Origin: Candidatus Rifleibacterium sp.
GTDB lineage: Bacteria; Muiribacteriota; Ozemobacteria; Ozemobacterales; Ozemobacteraceae
Length of the DNA: 64,000 nt
Assembly: GCA_035352635.1 (NCBI GenBank)
Contig: DAOPYA010000006.1
Location: 3,742 to 67,741 of the forward strand
Direction of reading: 5' to 3'
The notes beneath the pieces are model-generated. The model was not told the DNA's origin. It was given only the letters and a program-made list of their open reading frames with translations, and searched no databases. Each line of letters starts with the position of its first letter. The stretch's first letter is position 1. Made by a program: the position numbers and the translations under genes. Below are positions 47,731-56,684 of the stretch, one piece after another.

Positions 47731-49097
47731 AAACTTCGCGCAGACAGGGCATGACCCTTATCGAAATAACGATTGGCTTTGCCATTTTAACGGCGATCAG
47801 CGCCTTTTTTCTCAGTTTTCTGACTTCTTCTTCAAAAGAGATTTCGTTTTCGGCAGATCACTTTAATGCGGTTATTCTATCGCAGAAGGTCTGCGAAGAT
47901 TTGCTTGAAGAGATCGCCGTAAACCCTTATGGCCTTGAGACCCTTGGCATCGACGAATCAATCAACAGCAAACATGACGTTGTTGATGGCAGTTCGGTGT
48001 TCTTCTCTTTTATCGAAGACCGCACTGAGCCGTGGGGTTTGATTGAGCCGGCTAAAGATGGCATGATCAACAGTTCTATGCAGCCGCTTTATAGTTCAGT
48101 TAAAAAATTTAAATTCGGGGTTTCGGGCAGGCGCTTGGCAAAGACCGGCGACCACGAAGACCGCAATCTGGTTTCGTGCAATGTTGACTTCTCGTGGAGC
48201 GCTCAAACCGGCAAGGGAGCCTATAACAATTCATTTGAGCTTTTTTCGCCAGTTTCGGTCAAAAAGGTCTCGCTGGGCGTGTCGCTTAACGAGGCTGCAA
48301 TCGATGCCCGGATTCCCCCGGAAGTCTTTTATCAGCCCTCACAAACCATCGGAGAACTCGCAACCCGGATCGGTGAAAACGTTGATGCGGTGCTTTCGGT
48401 CGGGCGTATTTCTCTGGTAAGCCGCGACTTTATCAATTCACAGTTCTACCGTGATTCAAAAGATGCCATCAGGATTCTTTTGCGTAAACTCTCGACTCTT
48501 TCGGCCGATGACAGCGAAGAAATCTTCGAAACCCGCTTGCAGCTGGCAAAGACCTGGTATGAGCAGGCAAAGGTCTGCTTTCAGATCATCAGCTACCTCG
48601 AGCCGCATTTCACCACTCTGCAACAGCAGGGAAAATTTGACGGCACTTCTGGCAGCGGTTTTAACCCTATCAGTTTTCAACAAGATCTCATGAGCTTCAG
48701 AATCATTTATGAATTCTTTGCTGGTGCGATTGTTCAGGCCAGGTTTCATTATTATCAGCTGTTGCAGCCGGCCATGGTCGCTTTAAAAGGCAACAAGGCC
48801 CAGCTTCAGGTCATTCAGAAACTTATCGATATTTACCGCATCACTTCAATATTGCCCACCAGACCAGAAGGCATGGCAGAGTATCGAAGTTTTCTTAATC
48901 GCATCAAGGGCCTGTCAGAGAACCGTAACCCATTTGTTAACCGTATGATCGGCCATGAATTGAAGATGCTTGATAATCGCAATGACTGGCTGCAGCATTA
49001 CCCGAACCTTGGCCGCATCGATGATATGCTAACCGGCAAAATGCCGGGTATTCTTGCCTTCATAAAGACAAAGACCATAGGGGCGCTCACAAATTAA
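47727..49097 (+). CDS. Large prepilin-type N-terminal domain protein (GspK/minor pilin-like, 456 aa)
   Basis: RQG/MTLIEITIGFAILTAISAFF with Glu +5. Translationally coupled to the upstream pilin-like gene. Confidence 0.65.
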   Translation: MKTSRRQGMTLIEITIGFAILTAISAFFLSFLTSSSKEISFSADHFNAVILSQKVCEDLLEEIAVNPYGLETLGIDESINSKHDVVDGSSVFFSFIEDRTEPWGLIEPAKDGMINSSMQPLYSSVKKFKFGVSGRRLAKTGDHEDRNLVSCNVDFSWSAQTGKGAYNNSFELFSPVSVKKVSLGVSLNEAAIDARIPPEVFYQPSQTIGELATRIGENVDAVLSVGRISLVSRDFINSQFYRDSKDAIRILLRKLSTLSADDSEEIFETRLQLAKTWYEQAKVCFQIISYLEPHFTTLQQQGKFDGTSGSGFNPISFQQDLMSFRIIYEFFAGAIVQARFHYYQLLQPAMVALKGNKAQLQVIQKLIDIYRITSILPTRPEGMAEYRSFLNRIKGLSENRNPFVNRMIGHELKMLDNRNDWLQHYPNLGRIDDMLTGKMPGILAFIKTKTIGALTN

Positions 49098-49440
49098 GCC
49101 GGCCGACACACTCCGGGTTGCAATTTTTGTGCGTGCATAAGCTTTAAAGGCCTGTCTGGCCAGTTGATTTGCGGGCAAGAAACCGCACCGCTGGTGCAGA
49201 GGCCGATCAGTCTCTCAGTAATCAATCGTTATCAGGTATATCAACCGAAACGTATTAGCCTTCTTTTGTCAACCCAGCCTTTGACGCGCTTCTTTTTGCC
49301 GCTGTTGTGAAGACTGCCTTCATGTCGGTGCCCGCCTCTTGTAATAAAATGGAATATTCCCCACAATTCCCACAACCCGGCGCGAGGCCCTTTAATTGAC
49401 GCAAAAGGTTCTTTCGGCTCCCCGTAGATTTTTGCAGGCC
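49036..49440. pseudogene. Degenerate first copy of the duplicated module: flank Y1, deleted remnant of the 73-aa gene, promoter element P1
   Basis: 49036-49270 is about 90% identical to 51359-51590. 49271-49345 matches 51693-51790 (an internal deletion has removed most of the small gene). 49346-49410 is identical to 54250-54314. Confidence 0.7.
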
Positions 49441-49625
49441 TCAATAACACCCGGATTGAAAAATGGCCGCATGTCAAAAATTCGCGCATCGCCACTCAGC
49501 CATCAAGCCTGAAAAAACTGCGCGAACTCAAAAACCTCGCGGCCGAAGAAACCGCCGCAAAATAACCTTGTGGCCGATTTCCCTGGGCCGGTGACCTCGA
49601 AAAAATGACCTAAGACTCATGATTT

Positions 49626-50840
49626 TTAAGTCTGCTGGCTGAGGTCATGCAGGCGTTTTTTTGTGACTTTTTCGAGTTGGGTTCTTTGTTTTTCGGTCAT
49701 GGGGATCTGCTGCAGAATGGCTGAATACTGGCAGAACCTTGCTGTCAGCCGGTCGAGCATTTTGCTGACCGCCGCTTCAGAAACTCCGAACCGCCCGGCA
49801 AAGCTGACAAGATTACTCCTTTTGATGTTGTCGTCACGTCCATCAAGTTTCAAGGCCATTTTGTGGTCACCATAAATATGTGTGCAGAGCAGATCGTAGG
49901 CCGGCGAGACCTCGACTATCCTGCTTCCAGACTTGACGAGCAGGCTGATATTCTTTGCATGCAGATCGCCGTTGCCAATGAGATACGAGAACGCATAAAC
50001 CTCAATCAGCCTTAGTATGGCAACCTTCGCCGCCGATACATGCGTTGTGACGCCCCTGGCAATATCATTAAAAGCGACTCGATACTTGTCGGCCGGGTAG
50101 CGGTCGAGCATCTGGCAGGCGTCTTCCTGATGATGCCTAAGAAATCTGCCGGTTTTTTCGTTCCAGACGCGGTCGAATCGTGTGACGAGAAGGCCATTAT
50201 TGCCGTCGCGGTCTCTAACCAGACTGGTTCTGGCCGCTTCAATGCTGCATTTTTGTGCTAGTTGCATGCAGAAGTGTTCATTCTCAACCAGATTCGGTTT
50301 GTCGGGCGGATTCAACTTGAGAATATACCGGCAATTCTCTTTCGCAATGTTGACAGGGAAACTGATCATCGATGCCGAGAGTTTTTCCTGGGCTCCTGCA
50401 ATCGCCTCGTCGCGCATAATTGCATTGCCGGATAACACTTTCTGAAAATATTCGTAGAAATTTATTTCTCTGAGCTTTGGAATCTGTGCTTCATCCTCAG
50501 AGCGCTCGACGCCGGCATAGACATCACCGATTACCTGATCGCCGATGCTTGCGAAAAGACTGAAAAGATCGTCTTCAGAAGTCTTTAGATTTCGCACCAG
50601 CGACTTTAATCGTAACCCTTCGGGCAGCAGTCCCGCAAAAAACGGAAAAAGATTGACGCCAGGGTTGATCAGGCGTGCCGGGCTTTTCTTCATGCAGAAA
50701 GAAATCCCTGCAAAATTCTGCTGCCGCAGAAAATCGTCGTCGAACACAAACTCGCAGCCGGCAGGCGTTCTGCGCAAGATTCCGGCTCGCTGACCATCTC
50801 GAAAGATGTTTAATTCGCTGATCGAACGGGCGTCTTTCAT
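49626..50840 (-). CDS. hipA: HipA-family serine/threonine kinase toxin
   Basis: HipA N and C domains. GNGDLHAKNISL catalytic motif. 4-bp overlap with hipB. Confidence 0.85.
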   Translation of the reverse strand: MKDARSISELNIFRDGQRAGILRRTPAGCEFVFDDDFLRQQNFAGISFCMKKSPARLINPGVNLFPFFAGLLPEGLRLKSLVRNLKTSEDDLFSLFASIGDQVIGDVYAGVERSEDEAQIPKLREINFYEYFQKVLSGNAIMRDEAIAGAQEKLSASMISFPVNIAKENCRYILKLNPPDKPNLVENEHFCMQLAQKCSIEAARTSLVRDRDGNNGLLVTRFDRVWNEKTGRFLRHHQEDACQMLDRYPADKYRVAFNDIARGVTTHVSAAKVAILRLIEVYAFSYLIGNGDLHAKNISLLVKSGSRIVEVSPAYDLLCTHIYGDHKMALKLDGRDDNIKRSNLVSFAGRFGVSEAAVSKMLDRLTARFCQYSAILQQIPMTEKQRTQLEKVTKKRLHDLSQQT

Positions 50841-51094
50841 TTTTCAACAATATTCTCTGAAGTTCGGAAGCCTGAACCTCCGGGGGTAAGGGCCAACTCG
50901 AGGCCGAGAACATCAATTACGGCAAGCAGCTTGTCGAGCTGTGTTTTGGGCTTGCCGTTTTCGAGCTGCGAAACGTAGTTAAGACTGACACCCGCCAGGT
51001 CGGCCAGCTGTGTCTGAGTCAGACCGAGATTTTTGCGGTAGTCCTTGATTGCCGCACCTAATTTTTTAGTTACCTGCGAACTCGAATTGTTCAT
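50837..51094 (-). CDS. hipB: HipB-like XRE-family HTH antitoxin/transcriptional regulator
   Basis: LGLTQTQLADLAGVSLNYVSQLENGK helix-turn-helix. Confidence 0.8.
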   Translation of the reverse strand: MNNSSSQVTKKLGAAIKDYRKNLGLTQTQLADLAGVSLNYVSQLENGKPKTQLDKLLAVIDVLGLELALTPGGSGFRTSENIVEK

Positions 51095-51157
51095 TTTTCC
51101 TATGTGTGAAGTAAAAATTTAACTTATCCTACTAAAGTATATTGATTTTTATAAAAA

Positions 51158-51366
51158 TTACAATGATCGTGCGAAAAAAGTTAAAAATCCTCTGAAAAAA
51201 TATAATTCTGCAGGAAATTCATGCGATCATGTGAAAAATGATTGTTTTATGGCTGCCCCTGATTCTGACGCTGACCCTTTTTCTGGTCTGGCCCCAGGTC
51301 TCTCTGCCACGGCTTTTTCAAAGACTGCAATGCGTTCCGCATGCATCTGCTGGCGAAATGCCTGGC
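51158..51366 (-). pseudogene. Deleted copy (X2) of the 3' part of the periplasmic-protein gene 55835-56458 and its downstream DNA
   Basis: 51158-51291 matches 55756-55876 and 51291-51366 matches 56070-56150. The 195-bp internal deletion is bounded by TTCTGG short repeats. Encodes only the C-terminal ..KKGQRQNQGQP fragment. Confidence 0.7.
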
Positions 51367-51538
51367 ATTCTTGCCTTCATCAAGGCAAAAACCATTGGGG
51401 CGCTCACAAATTAAACTGGTCGCTGCACTCCGGGTTGCCATTTTTGTGCGTGCATAAGCTTTAAAGGCCTGCATGGCCAGTTGATTGGCGGGAAGGAAGC
51501 CGCAACGCTGGTGCAGAGGCCGATCAGCCGCTCAGTAA

Positions 51539-51760
51539 TCAATCGTTATCAGGTATATCAACCGAAACGTATTCGCCTTCTTTTGGTGTGCGTTTTTTGA
51601 AATTTTCAATTGGCACATAAATCTCAATGGTGGCATCAGGGTCATCGGGGTGCTTGATAACCACCACCACAATGCCGCCGGTTACGCGGTCTACCCAGCC
51701 TTTGACGCGCTTCTTTTTGCCGCTGTTATGAAGACTGCCTTCATGTCGGTGCCCGCTCAT
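51539..51760 (-). CDS. Small hypothetical protein (73 aa, basic N-terminus, acidic C-terminus)
   Basis: Intact copy. A deleted remnant lies at 49271-49345. Immediately downstream of the 755-aa gene. Confidence 0.5.
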   Translation of the reverse strand: MSGHRHEGSLHNSGKKKRVKGWVDRVTGGIVVVVIKHPDDPDATIEIYVPIENFKKRTPKEGEYVSVDIPDND

Positions 51761-51822
51761 AAGTTTACTCCTGAAATAAAATAGAATGTTCCCCTGAGAT
51801 TCAACAAAAGCGTTCAGCAGGT

Positions 51823-54090
51823 TTACATGTTGTGGTAATCGATGCCGGTCAGTTGAATATGACCGGGTAGAAACTTCTTGAAAATGCTGCCGATATAATC
51901 GACGGCATCGTTTAAAATCTGGTTATCGGGGTCAATCAAGTAGCCTGGGCCAATATGCCGGCAGATATCGCTGACAATTTCATCAGTCGGAAGCTTTTCG
52001 TCGGTCAGGCGGCTCATACGGGTTGTAACCCAGGTAACGATCAACGGAATGCAGGAAGGCGAAGTTTTAAACGCGAGTTCGAACCAGCGCTCGGCTTCGG
52101 CGAATTCACCACATCTTTTGCATATAATACCAAGACCGAGCAAGGCATCGAGGGAATTTGCTACTTTATTCAATTCTTCGTGATAATGCGTTTTGGCAAG
52201 GGCCAGATTTTTTTCTGGCTCAATGTCGTTGACGGCAAGGGTTTTATAGGTGCGTGCCAGCATATAAGAAACTTGGCCAAGGGCTGGTTGGTCTTTGGCC
52301 AGGGCTTCACAGGCCTGAATTGTTTCGGCGTATTTTTGTTGGCTGAACAGGGCGTTGATATTTGCAAAACGCCCGCTGACATCAATATAGCCGGTCTTAT
52401 TAAAGATTTTGATCGGCGTCAACGAAGGGTAGCCAACTACAGCAACGCGATAGTTGCCCTGCGATTGCCTCAGGCCTTCAGCAAAGTTTTCGCTGCCCTC
52501 TTTGCAATAAAACTGGCTGCTGATGGCGCGATCAAGATCGCAATTGTAGAGCGAAAGAATATTGCCTTCAACAAATGGTATTTTGACGCTTTGTAGTTTT
52601 TCAATTGGCACTTCGAGATAGACTTGCAGGTTTTCGCCCTTGAACTGCAGGCGTGCGTGATGAATCATCGGCGAAAACACGAAATAGATAATGGTCGGCA
52701 CCTTTACTACGCCCGGATCAGATAGAAACGCGGTAAATGAATTACGGGCCATCATGGTATCGATGTGATCGGGTGCAGTTTCGCGTGTGGCAGATTTCAT
52801 GATTTCCCATAGTTCGGCGGCTCTGGCTTCGATTTTTGCAAAAGCAGGCGAAGCACGCAGTTCAGCTTCAAGCGCTTCGCATTCATCGAGTCTGGCTATT
52901 GCCTTTTGGCAGCCGGGGAAAATGCCTGGCCAGGTTAGTGCTACGCCGCATGACTGCGGAGCTTTCGGCGATTGCCTGGCGACTTCGAGCCATTGTTTGA
53001 CCTGTTTTCGGCTCAACATCAGAGCGTCACCGGTGCAAAGCAGCATTTCGACAGTAAGATCATTGAGGTTGCCTGCATAATCGGCAATCAACCGCTGCAT
53101 AAACGTTTCAGGGTTAAATTCGCCGCCGTCAGAGGCTGGCGCCAGGCTTTTTTCTTTGCGGGTTTGATCGAAGATGCGCTGATAGAGGTCGGGTGGGATG
53201 GGCACGAACTCGCGTAGATTTCTTATTATTTCTTTTTCTTCGTTCGACAGGTTTTCGTCGGCCATGATGTCTTTCAAGGCCGCGGAATAGATAGTTTCGA
53301 CGCTGAGTGACCGGTGGGCGGGTGCTGGTGGCGTAGCGGTAGTGGTTTCAATGGCGGCGGTCAGTTCATTCAACATGGCGGTTACCTCAGCATTTTTGCT
53401 GAGTTTGCTGAGGCGTGACAATTCGGTTTTCAGGGCATCACGGCTTGCCGGAATAAAGCCGAAAGCACGTTTCTGGCAGTGACGGGCCACCTTGACTACC
53501 AGGCCGAAATCATTTATCAGCTCAGGCACTGCTATAAGCAGGGCTGCGTTCCAGCGGAGCTGAGCCGCAAAAAGCACGTCGCAGCAGTTCAGAGCAGCGT
53601 AGAGCAGGAACTCCAGGGAGTGCTTCATGTATTGGGCGAGAAAGTTTCCGTTGCCCGGCATTTTCGACCAGCGGGTGAAGAGGCCTGAGAACATGAAGGT
53701 TTCCATTTGTCGAACATGTTCGGCAAAAATATAATCGCAGGTCAGTGTTGAAGAAATTTTCGCGGCAAAATAAGAAGGTGTGAAGAGATCGGGGTAAATA
53801 AACAGATTGTGTATTTCGGCGTTCCATGGCTCTTGATCGGCGTAGAACCGCGCATACCGCAGAAACATTTCAAGCACCGCAGGGTAGTATGAAAAATTAC
53901 GTTGATGTGGCAGCAGCGCCAGACGAAATGCTTCGGTGAAGCCCTGGCAGATAGCTTGCTTTTCTTCAGTGGGACGTGAATGGGTAGGGTTGTATTCGCC
54001 CCGCATGTAATCGAGATTATCTTTGATATCCTCGTGATTGCTGTTCCAGAGGGCCTCAAACAGATCCCGAAAAAATGGTAGACCCGCCAT
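51823..54090 (-). CDS. Large cytoplasmic hypothetical protein (755 aa) with C-terminal TPR-like repeats
   Basis: No signal peptide and no recognisable catalytic motif. TPR-like helical pairs in the last 250 aa. Confidence 0.6.
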   Translation of the reverse strand: MAGLPFFRDLFEALWNSNHEDIKDNLDYMRGEYNPTHSRPTEEKQAICQGFTEAFRLALLPHQRNFSYYPAVLEMFLRYARFYADQEPWNAEIHNLFIYPDLFTPSYFAAKISSTLTCDYIFAEHVRQMETFMFSGLFTRWSKMPGNGNFLAQYMKHSLEFLLYAALNCCDVLFAAQLRWNAALLIAVPELINDFGLVVKVARHCQKRAFGFIPASRDALKTELSRLSKLSKNAEVTAMLNELTAAIETTTATPPAPAHRSLSVETIYSAALKDIMADENLSNEEKEIIRNLREFVPIPPDLYQRIFDQTRKEKSLAPASDGGEFNPETFMQRLIADYAGNLNDLTVEMLLCTGDALMLSRKQVKQWLEVARQSPKAPQSCGVALTWPGIFPGCQKAIARLDECEALEAELRASPAFAKIEARAAELWEIMKSATRETAPDHIDTMMARNSFTAFLSDPGVVKVPTIIYFVFSPMIHHARLQFKGENLQVYLEVPIEKLQSVKIPFVEGNILSLYNCDLDRAISSQFYCKEGSENFAEGLRQSQGNYRVAVVGYPSLTPIKIFNKTGYIDVSGRFANINALFSQQKYAETIQACEALAKDQPALGQVSYMLARTYKTLAVNDIEPEKNLALAKTHYHEELNKVANSLDALLGLGIICKRCGEFAEAERWFELAFKTSPSCIPLIVTWVTTRMSRLTDEKLPTDEIVSDICRHIGPGYLIDPDNQILNDAVDYIGSIFKKFLPGHIQLTGIDYHNM

Positions 54091-54249
54091 TGTGAATGTT
54101 CCTCCGTGTTTTAAAGACCATTATTTTTTTCTAGTTGCTAAAGTTCAGCTGTCCGGTTGGTTGGCACAGATTATGTCAATTTCTGTCGCTCTCAATGGCT
54201 TTTCCAGCTTTATTTCGCCACTGCTAAAGATTTATAACACAGCCAGCCA

Positions 54250-54314
54250 ATTCCCACAACCCGGCGCGAGGCCCTTTAATTGACGCAAAAGGTTCTTTCG
54301 GCTCCCCGTAGAAC
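54250..54314. promoter_or_regulatory. Conserved 65-bp element P2 upstream of the 755-aa gene (identical copy P1 at 49346-49410)
   Basis: AATTCCCACAACCCGGCGCGAGGCCCTTTAATTGACGCAAAAGGTTCTTTCGGCTCCCCGTAGA is present at both loci. Confidence 0.55.
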
Positions 54315-54414
54315 ATTCTTTGCCTTCGTGGGAATCGTCTTGATGAGTTTAAAAGGCCCGCCTGCAAGAGGTGCGCGGGCGGGCCTTTGTGTTAAACTTG
54401 TTCAGAAGCTGGTT

Positions 54415-55590
54415 TCAGGAAAAAAGTGAGCGCAGGCGTTTGGCGCCCTGACCGATCAGTGAGGCGCCGCTTGACCAGAGGTCAGCGACTGCCTTGCCGG
54501 CTGAGCCTGCACTGCTGGCGATGTTGCCACCGACAATGGCCGCGCCGCCGCTGACACGATTCCAGAGGCCGCCCTGTTTCCAGCGTTCCTGGCCCCAGTT
54601 GCTCATGTTTCTGCCCGAATTTTTCGCGAAGTTTGAAGCGACGCCAACAATGGCGCCGGGCAGGCCAAGAACCAGTTTGGTGGCACCGCCGATAGTCTGA
54701 GTGACCGAGCGGTTGGTCCAGCCGTTTACGACGTCATTGATGCCCGATGCCATGTTGTCTTCGGTCGCGGTTTCAAAGGTGCCGGGGTATGGGGTAGAGG
54801 TCGGGCTGCAGGTGCCATTATTGTCGATAAGAACGTTTGAATAGCTCACCAGGCTGCCGAGAACGCTATTGCCGAATGGCTTGTTCCAGGAGGTCATGAA
54901 TTTGTCGATCGGCATGGTGTGCGGGCCTTCGTCGCCCCAGTAAGAATCGCGCATGCGCAGCGAAACGACATTACCGCTGGCATCGGTATCATAACCGGTA
55001 ATACATACCCAATGGGGCACGCCGCCGCTCGATTCGACCAGAACGATCACCGGCTTGCCTTCGTCTATTCTTTTTGTAATATCTTTAATGCCGGCGCGGT
55101 TTTTCATGCGTGCATCGATGCCGTTCGCACGCAGATATTCAGCAATCGTCGGGGGCGCAGTGAAAATACCTTTCGGGTTTGATTCCTGGTAAACCTTCTG
55201 CGGGTCGGCCTCGATGCCCATACCTTTCAGAAGAGTGCTCATTGCAAACTGGCCGCAGTAGTTGTCACCGTCAATATTGATATCCAGATTGTCGTAATTT
55301 TTAAGATGGTGTTCTTTGGCATTCTCTGGTCTGGCTTCATTGCGCTTGCCTTTCCAGGGGCCGAGGGTGCGGTAGATGCGGCTCAGATCTTTTATCAGCG
55401 ACGGTTCGTCTGCTCCTGGCGTTGCAGTATCGCCTTCATCAGGGGCAGAGTCTGCGGCTGTTGCAACCGGCGTGCTCTCACTTTTAGCCGGAATGGTCAC
55501 ACTATCTACGTTAAATGGGTTCGCATCGGCGATTGACAAGGCGCAAAGAAACCAAGCGGTCATCAGCAGAAACGAAAATCTTCTGAACAT
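54415..55590 (-). CDS. Secreted papain-fold cysteine peptidase, C39-like (Peptidase_C39_2-type), with Gly/Ala/Ser-rich C-terminal tail
   Basis: Signal peptide. Cys in NYCGQFAMSTLL and His in GVPHWVCITGY arranged as in C39 peptidases. C-terminal 90 aa is G/A/S-rich. Confidence 0.6.
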   Translation of the reverse strand: MFRRFSFLLMTAWFLCALSIADANPFNVDSVTIPAKSESTPVATAADSAPDEGDTATPGADEPSLIKDLSRIYRTLGPWKGKRNEARPENAKEHHLKNYDNLDINIDGDNYCGQFAMSTLLKGMGIEADPQKVYQESNPKGIFTAPPTIAEYLRANGIDARMKNRAGIKDITKRIDEGKPVIVLVESSGGVPHWVCITGYDTDASGNVVSLRMRDSYWGDEGPHTMPIDKFMTSWNKPFGNSVLGSLVSYSNVLIDNNGTCSPTSTPYPGTFETATEDNMASGINDVVNGWTNRSVTQTIGGATKLVLGLPGAIVGVASNFAKNSGRNMSNWGQERWKQGGLWNRVSGGAAIVGGNIASSAGSAGKAVADLWSSGASLIGQGAKRLRSLFS

Positions 55591-55834
55591 ACTGCTACCT
55601 CCGGCGTTTTCTACTATTATACTCAGAACTCACCAGAAAAGTTTTACTTTAGCCTGAGATTTAAAACAATAAACTAAGGGTCAGGCGTTTTCCGGGTGCG
55701 GGCTGAGATTCTGCAGGCATTTTTTTTGACTTTTTTCGAGCTGATTACAATGATCGTGCGAAAAAATGTTAAAAAGCATCTGAAAAAACATAATTCTGCA
55801 GGAAATTCATGCGATCATGTGAAAAATGATTGTT

Positions 55835-56458
55835 TTATGGCTGCCCCTGATTCTGACGCTGACCCTTTTTCTGGCTCATGAAAGCTTTTGCCGATTCTTT
55901 CTGGCTCTGAAAAAAGGCCTGCAGCTTTTCGTTCAGTGCCTGCCCCTCAAGATTTGAATCGGCGCCAACTTTGTCGAGAAAGTCCATGTTTTCCTGATGC
56001 TTCCCGGCAAAAAAGGCTTTGAATTCTTCGTAAGACCTTGTAAATCTGGCAAGGGCCTGTTCCCGCATTTCTGGTCTGGCACCAGGTCCCTCTGCAACTG
56101 CCTTTTCAAAGGCTGCAATGCGTTCCGCATGCATCTGCTGGCGAAATGCCGAATTCTTCTCATACTGGCGGGTCTTGAACTCCTTCAGAGCCTGTATCAG
56201 TTCAGACTTCGGCTTTCCCTGCATTGACGCCATGAATTGCTTACCCTCTGCAGCCTCTTCGGCAAGAAATTCCTGCAGTCTGGCCTGCTGCTCCGAAAAA
56301 AGCTTGCCCATCTGCATGCTGCCGCTCTTAGTTCCCATTTTTCCATTCTGAGCCTGCATATTCTGCGCCAATACGGGCTGGTTTAAAATGCTGCCGGCGA
56401 GAAGGCCGGCGACGGCGAGCGCTTTCATTGTCGAAAAAAACAGTCTGCTTCTGCTCAT
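55835..56458 (-). CDS. Periplasmic all-helical Gln/Lys-rich hypothetical protein
   Basis: Signal peptide MKALAVAGLLAGSILNQPVLAQ. A truncated duplicate of its 3' end lies at 51158-51366. Confidence 0.55.
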   Translation of the reverse strand: MSRSRLFFSTMKALAVAGLLAGSILNQPVLAQNMQAQNGKMGTKSGSMQMGKLFSEQQARLQEFLAEEAAEGKQFMASMQGKPKSELIQALKEFKTRQYEKNSAFRQQMHAERIAAFEKAVAEGPGARPEMREQALARFTRSYEEFKAFFAGKHQENMDFLDKVGADSNLEGQALNEKLQAFFQSQKESAKAFMSQKKGQRQNQGQP

Positions 56459-56610
56459 TTATTTTTTTCCTCCCGGAGTAACAGATTCGAGAAACCTGGC
56501 CAGCCAGGCATGGTTATGTCTGTCGCTGCCTGCTTATGATACTCCCGGTTCGGTTCGGGGCCAAAACAATATTATTAACGAACATGTCTGGTCGTTAATT
56601 TTCGCTTTTT

Positions 56611-56684
56611 CGATTAACATCGATTATCATCGATTATCATTAAGCGACTTGGATATTGTTAAAAAGTTAACACTCGGGTATAAT
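56611..56684 (+). promoter_or_regulatory. Three 10-bp direct repeats (CGATTAWCAT) followed by sigma70 promoter TTGTTA-17-TATAAT upstream of ygeY
   Basis: Repeats at 56611-56640. -35 at 56656-56661, -10 at 56679-56684. GGAGATTGG RBS before ATG 56749. Confidence 0.55.

Noticed and set aside
49241-49495. 84-aa ORF sharing GHRHEGSLHNSGKKKRVKGWVD with the 73-aa gene
   Set aside because: It is a chimeric reading frame across the promoter-element copy P1 and a deleted remnant of the small gene, not an intact paralog.
51247-51474. 75-aa ORF ending ..KKGQRQNQGQP
   Set aside because: It is a fragment of the duplicated 3' end of gene 55835-56458 with a 195-bp internal deletion, fused to unrelated sequence. 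Treated as a pseudogene remnant.
49036-56458. Integrative mobile element (integrase or transposase with att sites) as the explanation for the repeats around hipBA
   Set aside because: No recombinase or transposase gene is present. The repeats are collinear segmental copies with a microhomology junction, so tandem duplication plus deletion explains them better.
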